Source of the DNA: Candidatus Johnevansia muelleri
GTDB taxonomy: Bacteria > Pseudomonadota > Gammaproteobacteria > Johnevansiales > Johnevansiaceae
Direction of reading: 5' to 3'
NCBI GenBank assembly: GCA_000953435.1
Contig: LM655252.1
Span: 120,001 to 152,000 of the forward strand
DNA length: 32,000 nt
Position numbers and translations under genes: made by a program
Notes under the pieces: generated by a model
The model's input: only the letters and a program-made list of their open reading frames with translations
Databases searched by the model: none
Told to the model about the DNA's origin: nothing
In this document: positions 29,212-32,000 of the stretch, piece by piece
Layout of the letters: the number at the start of each line of letters is the position of its first letter
How positions within the stretch are numbered: position 1 is the first letter of the stretch

Positions 29212-29628
29212 TTAATAATTTTTATATAGTAATTTATTTTCAATTAAAGGTTTATTAACAATATTAGCACCATCAATATAAATATGCATATAAAAACAAT
29301 TATGGCGACCTGAATGGCAAGAAGGACCATATTGTTCAACCTTTAATAGTATAGAGTCCCCATCACAGTCTAAATAAGCGTATTTGAGTAACTGTATTTG
29401 TCCAGATAATTCTCCCTTACGCCATAATTTTTCTCTAGATCTAGACCAATAACATACACGACCATTACCTAGTGTTTCCAGTAATGCTTCTCTGTTCATC
29501 CAAGCCATCATTAATACTTCACTATTATCATATTGTTGAGTAATTACAGGTATAATACCATATAAATTCCATTGTATATAATTTATTATAAAATATATAG
29601 TAAATTTAGATACTAAATTTTTATGCAA
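29212..29628 (-). CDS. hisI: Phosphoribosyl-AMP cyclohydrolase (monofunctional HisI, no HisE domain)
   Basis: 138 aa from TTG. LMMAWMNREAL, YWSRSREKLWRKGELSG, DCDGDSILLKVEQ.GPSCHSGRHNCFY. It matches the stand-alone HisI of Pseudomonas-type genomes end to end, and no pyrophosphohydrolase domain follows. Confidence 0.88.
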   Translation of the reverse strand: MHKNLVSKFTIYFIINYIQWNLYGIIPVITQQYDNSEVLMMAWMNREALLETLGNGRVCYWSRSREKLWRKGELSGQIQLLKYAYLDCDGDSILLKVEQYGPSCHSGRHNCFYMHIYIDGANIVNKPLIENKLLYKNY

Positions 29629-29678
29629 AATTATGTATATCCTTTTTTATAATATTATAAATTAATTATATTATTTTA

Positions 29679-30395
29679 TCATGAAATGGTAGTATCCCAA
29701 ATACACTTGACTTTATTTTTTCGAATTTTTGTTAACTTTTCATTATGAGCTATTATTTCATCATTAAAAGGATTTATTACTTTTAATTTCCCATATTTTA
29801 TTTTAATACGTTTAATAGAATTAATTATATTTAGTTTATTACATGGAATATTATCATTAAATAATACTGTTTGCCCACAATTCATAGTAATATAGATTTC
29901 TGCTAGAATTTTAGCATCAATTAGTGCTCCATGTAATACACGATGTTTATTAATACCATAACGTTTACATAATGCATCTAGGCTATTACGTTGTCCGGGA
30001 TGATATTTACGAGCGAGTTTTAAAGTATCCACTATAGTACAACTATTATGAATTTTCCATCCTTTATTTAAAATAGTAAATTCTTTCTCAATAAAATTAA
30101 TATCAAACGAGGCATTATGAATTATTAACTCTGTACATTTTATGAATTCCCAAAATTTATCAGCGATCTTATAAAATACAGGCTCATTTAAAACTTTTTT
30201 ATTAGTAATTCCATGAATTGCTATAGCTTCAGGTTCAATATTACACTCAGGATTGATATATTGGTGGTAGTATCTATCAGTAATACGTCGGTTAATTATT
30301 TCAATAGCACCAATTTCTATAATTCTATGTCCTTGATTATGATCAAGACCTGTAGTTTCAGTATCTAAAACTATTTGTCTCATATTATTTACCAT
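29679..30395 (-). CDS. dnaQ: DNA polymerase III epsilon subunit (3'-5' proofreading exonuclease)
   Basis: 238 aa. Exo I (VLDTETTGL), Exo II (HNASFDINFI) and Exo III (HGALIDAKILAEIY). The start may be the ATG at 30383 (MRQIVLDTE). Confidence 0.93.
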   Translation of the reverse strand: MVNNMRQIVLDTETTGLDHNQGHRIIEIGAIEIINRRITDRYYHQYINPECNIEPEAIAIHGITNKKVLNEPVFYKIADKFWEFIKCTELIIHNASFDINFIEKEFTILNKGWKIHNSCTIVDTLKLARKYHPGQRNSLDALCKRYGINKHRVLHGALIDAKILAEIYITMNCGQTVLFNDNIPCNKLNIINSIKRIKIKYGKLKVINPFNDEIIAHNEKLTKIRKNKVKCIWDTTIS

Positions 30396-30832
30396 ATTTT
30401 AAATTCTTTAATAGCTTTATTTGCAAGCATATCTGCATATTCATTACCAGGATAACCTATATGACTTTTTAACCAGTGCCACACAATTTTGTGTTTTTTG
30501 CAATATTTAAACAATTTTGTCCAAATTTCATAATTTTTTATTGGTTTATTATTAATATTTTTCCAATAACGTTTAATCCAATTATAAATCCATTTAGTAA
30601 TACCATTACTAACATATTTAGAATCTGTCCAAATATGTACATAAGATGTTTTTGTAATTGCACATAAAGCATAAATAGCCGCAATAATTTCCATACGGTT
30701 ATTAGTTGTATATTGCAAACTTCCTTTTAATTCTATATTATGATTTTTATGTAATATTATTACTCCCCAACCTCCTATCCCAGGATTACCTAGACAACCC
30801 CCATCTATATAAATTTGGGTACTATTAATCAT
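30389..30832 (-). CDS. rnhA: Ribonuclease HI
   Basis: 147 aa. IYIDGGCLGNPGIGGWG, NNRMEIIA, IWTDSKYV and GYPGNEYADMLA (DEDD catalytic residues in place). Confidence 0.92.
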   Translation of the reverse strand: MINSTQIYIDGGCLGNPGIGGWGVIILHKNHNIELKGSLQYTTNNRMEIIAAIYALCAITKTSYVHIWTDSKYVSNGITKWIYNWIKRYWKNINNKPIKNYEIWTKLFKYCKKHKIVWHWLKSHIGYPGNEYADMLANKAIKEFKIW

Positions 30833-30848
30833 AATATAAAATTTTGTA

Positions 30849-31334
30849 TTATGTAATACTTAATTTACGTAACAATGACACCATTTCCATTGCTGCTATT
30901 GCCGCTTCAATACCTTTATTTATAATTTTTGTTCCAGATCTTTCTATTGCTTGTTCAATTGTATTAACTGTTAAAACTCCATTAGTAATAGGCGTATCAA
31001 ATATAAGTTGTAATGAATTAATTGCACTATTACATTGACTATAAATTTGTTCAAAATGTGGTGTATCACCTATAATTATAGCACCAATTGCAATTATAGC
31101 ATCTGGTTTTAATATTTCTAAAATACGTTTTATAACTATGGGGAATTCCCAAGCCCCTGGTACATATATAATGTAAATGTTTTTTTTATCTACCCCATGT
31201 ATAAGTAGACTATTTATAGCACCTTTTATTAAGTTTTCAACAATAAAATAATTTACACGTCCACTGACAATTACATATCTTCCATTAACATCGAAAAGCT
31301 GTCCTTCAAATATATTATCTATTCTATTATACAT
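30849..31334 (-). CDS. ribH: 6,7-dimethyl-8-ribityllumazine synthase
   Basis: 161 aa. VPGAWEFP, GAIIIGDTPHFE, and GVLTVNTIEQAIERSGTK..NKGIEAA are colinear with E. coli RibH. Confidence 0.93.
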   Translation of the reverse strand: MYNRIDNIFEGQLFDVNGRYVIVSGRVNYFIVENLIKGAINSLLIHGVDKKNIYIIYVPGAWEFPIVIKRILEILKPDAIIAIGAIIIGDTPHFEQIYSQCNSAINSLQLIFDTPITNGVLTVNTIEQAIERSGTKIINKGIEAAIAAMEMVSLLRKLSIT

Positions 31335-31871
31335 TTTTTTATTATAATTTTACATAATAAAAAAATAAACGTATTATAATTTATAAAAAATTTAATTTTA
31401 TACATTCATCGATATTTAATTAATTATTTTAGCAATTTTAATAGCGGTTTTTTTATAAAAAAAATTAAGTTATGTTAATAATTTAAAAAATTCGTAGTCA
31501 GTGTGTAAAAAATATGGCAGTGATTAATTATATAATTGATATTCCATAATGCATTTTTAGGCATCAATTGATATTGTGAATTTTGTATAAACCCGATAGT
31601 TATTTTATAGCATAATGTGCTATAAAATTAATATGTTTATCCAGTTCAGTTTAAAACAATACTTCATTACAATATTATTATGATGCTAAATACTATAGCA
31701 GATCAATATTAGCACATTTAGTTGGTTTTATTCCAATAATACCTGCAATTGAACGTGCCATAAGGTTATGTACTTCACACCTATACTGTCATCGTAATCA
31801 TTATGATAATTTTTGAAAATAGTATTTTTCATTTAAAATGATACTATAAATCAATGATATACTTATATTAT

Positions 31872-31956
31872 TACCAGTGGTCGGACTCGAACCGACATGA
31901 GATATTATCCCGGCGGATTTTGAATCCGCTGCGTATACCTATTTCGCCACACTGGC
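31872..31956 (-). tRNA. tRNA-Leu (anticodon CAA), class II with long variable arm
   Basis: The reverse complement GCCAGTGTGGCGAAATAGGTATACGCAGCGGATTCAAAATCCGCCGGGATAATATCTCATGTCGGTTCGAGTCCGACCACTGGTA folds as a cloverleaf. It has anticodon loop TTCAAAA, T-arm GTCGG/TTCGAGT/CCGAC and discriminator A. It is colinear with E. coli tRNA-Leu(CAA). The 3' CCA is not encoded. Confidence 0.9.
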
Positions 31957-32000
31957 TTTTTAAAAATTAATTGCAATATATCTTTACTTTGCTTAGATCG

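Noticed and set aside
384-31038. Sixteen 60-118 aa ORFs in the six-frame track that lie antisense to, or out of frame within, the long genes. Examples are 384-617(-), 944-1264(-), 1358-1714(-), 3052-3327(-), 8479-8763(-), 16556-16852(+), 20406-20678(-), 30476-30667(+) and 30844-31038(+).
   Set aside because: Each is fully embedded in a well-supported conserved gene on the other strand. Their translations are Ile/Phe/Leu/Asn-rich low-complexity strings with no recognisable motifs. Such shadow ORFs are expected in AT-rich DNA opposite stop-poor coding frames.
31335-31500. FMN riboswitch upstream of ribH.
   Set aside because: The region is nearly pure A/T, and none of the conserved G+C-rich RFN helices or core sequences can be found on the minus strand.
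31602-31628. Perfect 11-bp inverted repeat ATTTTATAGCA-taatg-TGCTATAAAAT in the ribH/tRNA-Leu spacer, considered as a terminator.
   Set aside because: The stem is almost all A/T, no U-tract follows on either strand, and it lies about 245 nt from the tRNA 3' end. Palindromes of this kind arise easily in AT-rich spacers.
31637-31645. DnaA-box-like TTATCCAGT, and tGATCCACA inside metH near 26242, considered as a possible replication origin.
   Set aside because: These are single imperfect boxes with 2 mismatches to TTATCCACA. There is no cluster, no AT-rich 13-mers beyond background, and no dnaA, dnaN, gidA or mioC context.
1-32000. Alternative genetic code (UGA as Trp), as seen in some tiny symbiont genomes.
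   Set aside because: Trp positions conserved with E. coli are encoded by TGG throughout. rluC terminates at TGA at the expected C-terminus. All long ORFs are full length under the standard bacterial code.
1-32000. CRISPR arrays, IS elements, integrases, prophage, toxin-antitoxin or defence islands, and secondary-metabolite clusters.
   Set aside because: No direct-repeat/spacer periodicity, terminal inverted repeats, or transposase/recombinase-like ORFs were seen. Every ORF over 100 aa outside the shadow set has a confident housekeeping assignment, so no unexplained coding capacity remains for such a system.

Overview
This window is a very AT-rich (about a quarter G+C by eye, not computed), gene-dense stretch of housekeeping chromosome, typical of a genome-reduced gammaproteobacterial endosymbiont. 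Every long ORF has a clear core-metabolism or information-processing identity. In order they are: sucB (3' part), lpdA, sucC, sucD, leuS, rsfS, lipB, lipA, mfd(-), rluC, yceD, rpmF, acpP, fabF, a class-I DAHP synthase(-), lepA, rnc, era, sodA, proS(-), metH(-), nfuA, rhtA-like exporter(-), sufE, hisI(-), dnaQ(-), rnhA(-), ribH(-) and tRNA-Leu(CAA)(-). The standard code applies: TGG encodes Trp, and TAA, TAG and TGA all act as stops. I see no CRISPR array, transposase, integrase, phage, toxin-antitoxin, defence or biosynthetic-cluster genes, and I cannot support a claim of a novel multi-gene system here. The signals worth a second look all concern genome erosion and architecture. (1) A 730-bp gene graveyard between fabF and the DAHP synthase gene holds recognisable remnants of electron-transfer flavoprotein genes (etfA, and probably etfB on the other strand). 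(2) Conserved gene strings have collapsed cleanly: leuS|rsfS|lipB, rpmF|acpP and lepA|rnc. This implies loss or relocation of lptE-holA-nadD, rlmH-mrdAB-rlpA-dac-ybeD, plsX-fabHDG and lepB. (3) mfd carries unusually long homopolymers (G11, G8, A12) and a shortened RNA-polymerase-interaction region. (4) Several features look non-enterobacterial: lpdA sits between sucB and sucC, hisI is monofunctional, and rnhA and dnaQ are co-directional. (5) Retained functions relevant to a symbiosis include B12-dependent MetH, an RhtA-type Thr/homoserine exporter, and lipoate, riboflavin, shikimate and histidine steps. (6) Two further oversized spacers (404 bp and 537 bp) have G+C-richer islands that look like older gene remnants. 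Coordinates of features not on the ORF track were counted by hand and may be off by 1-2 nt.
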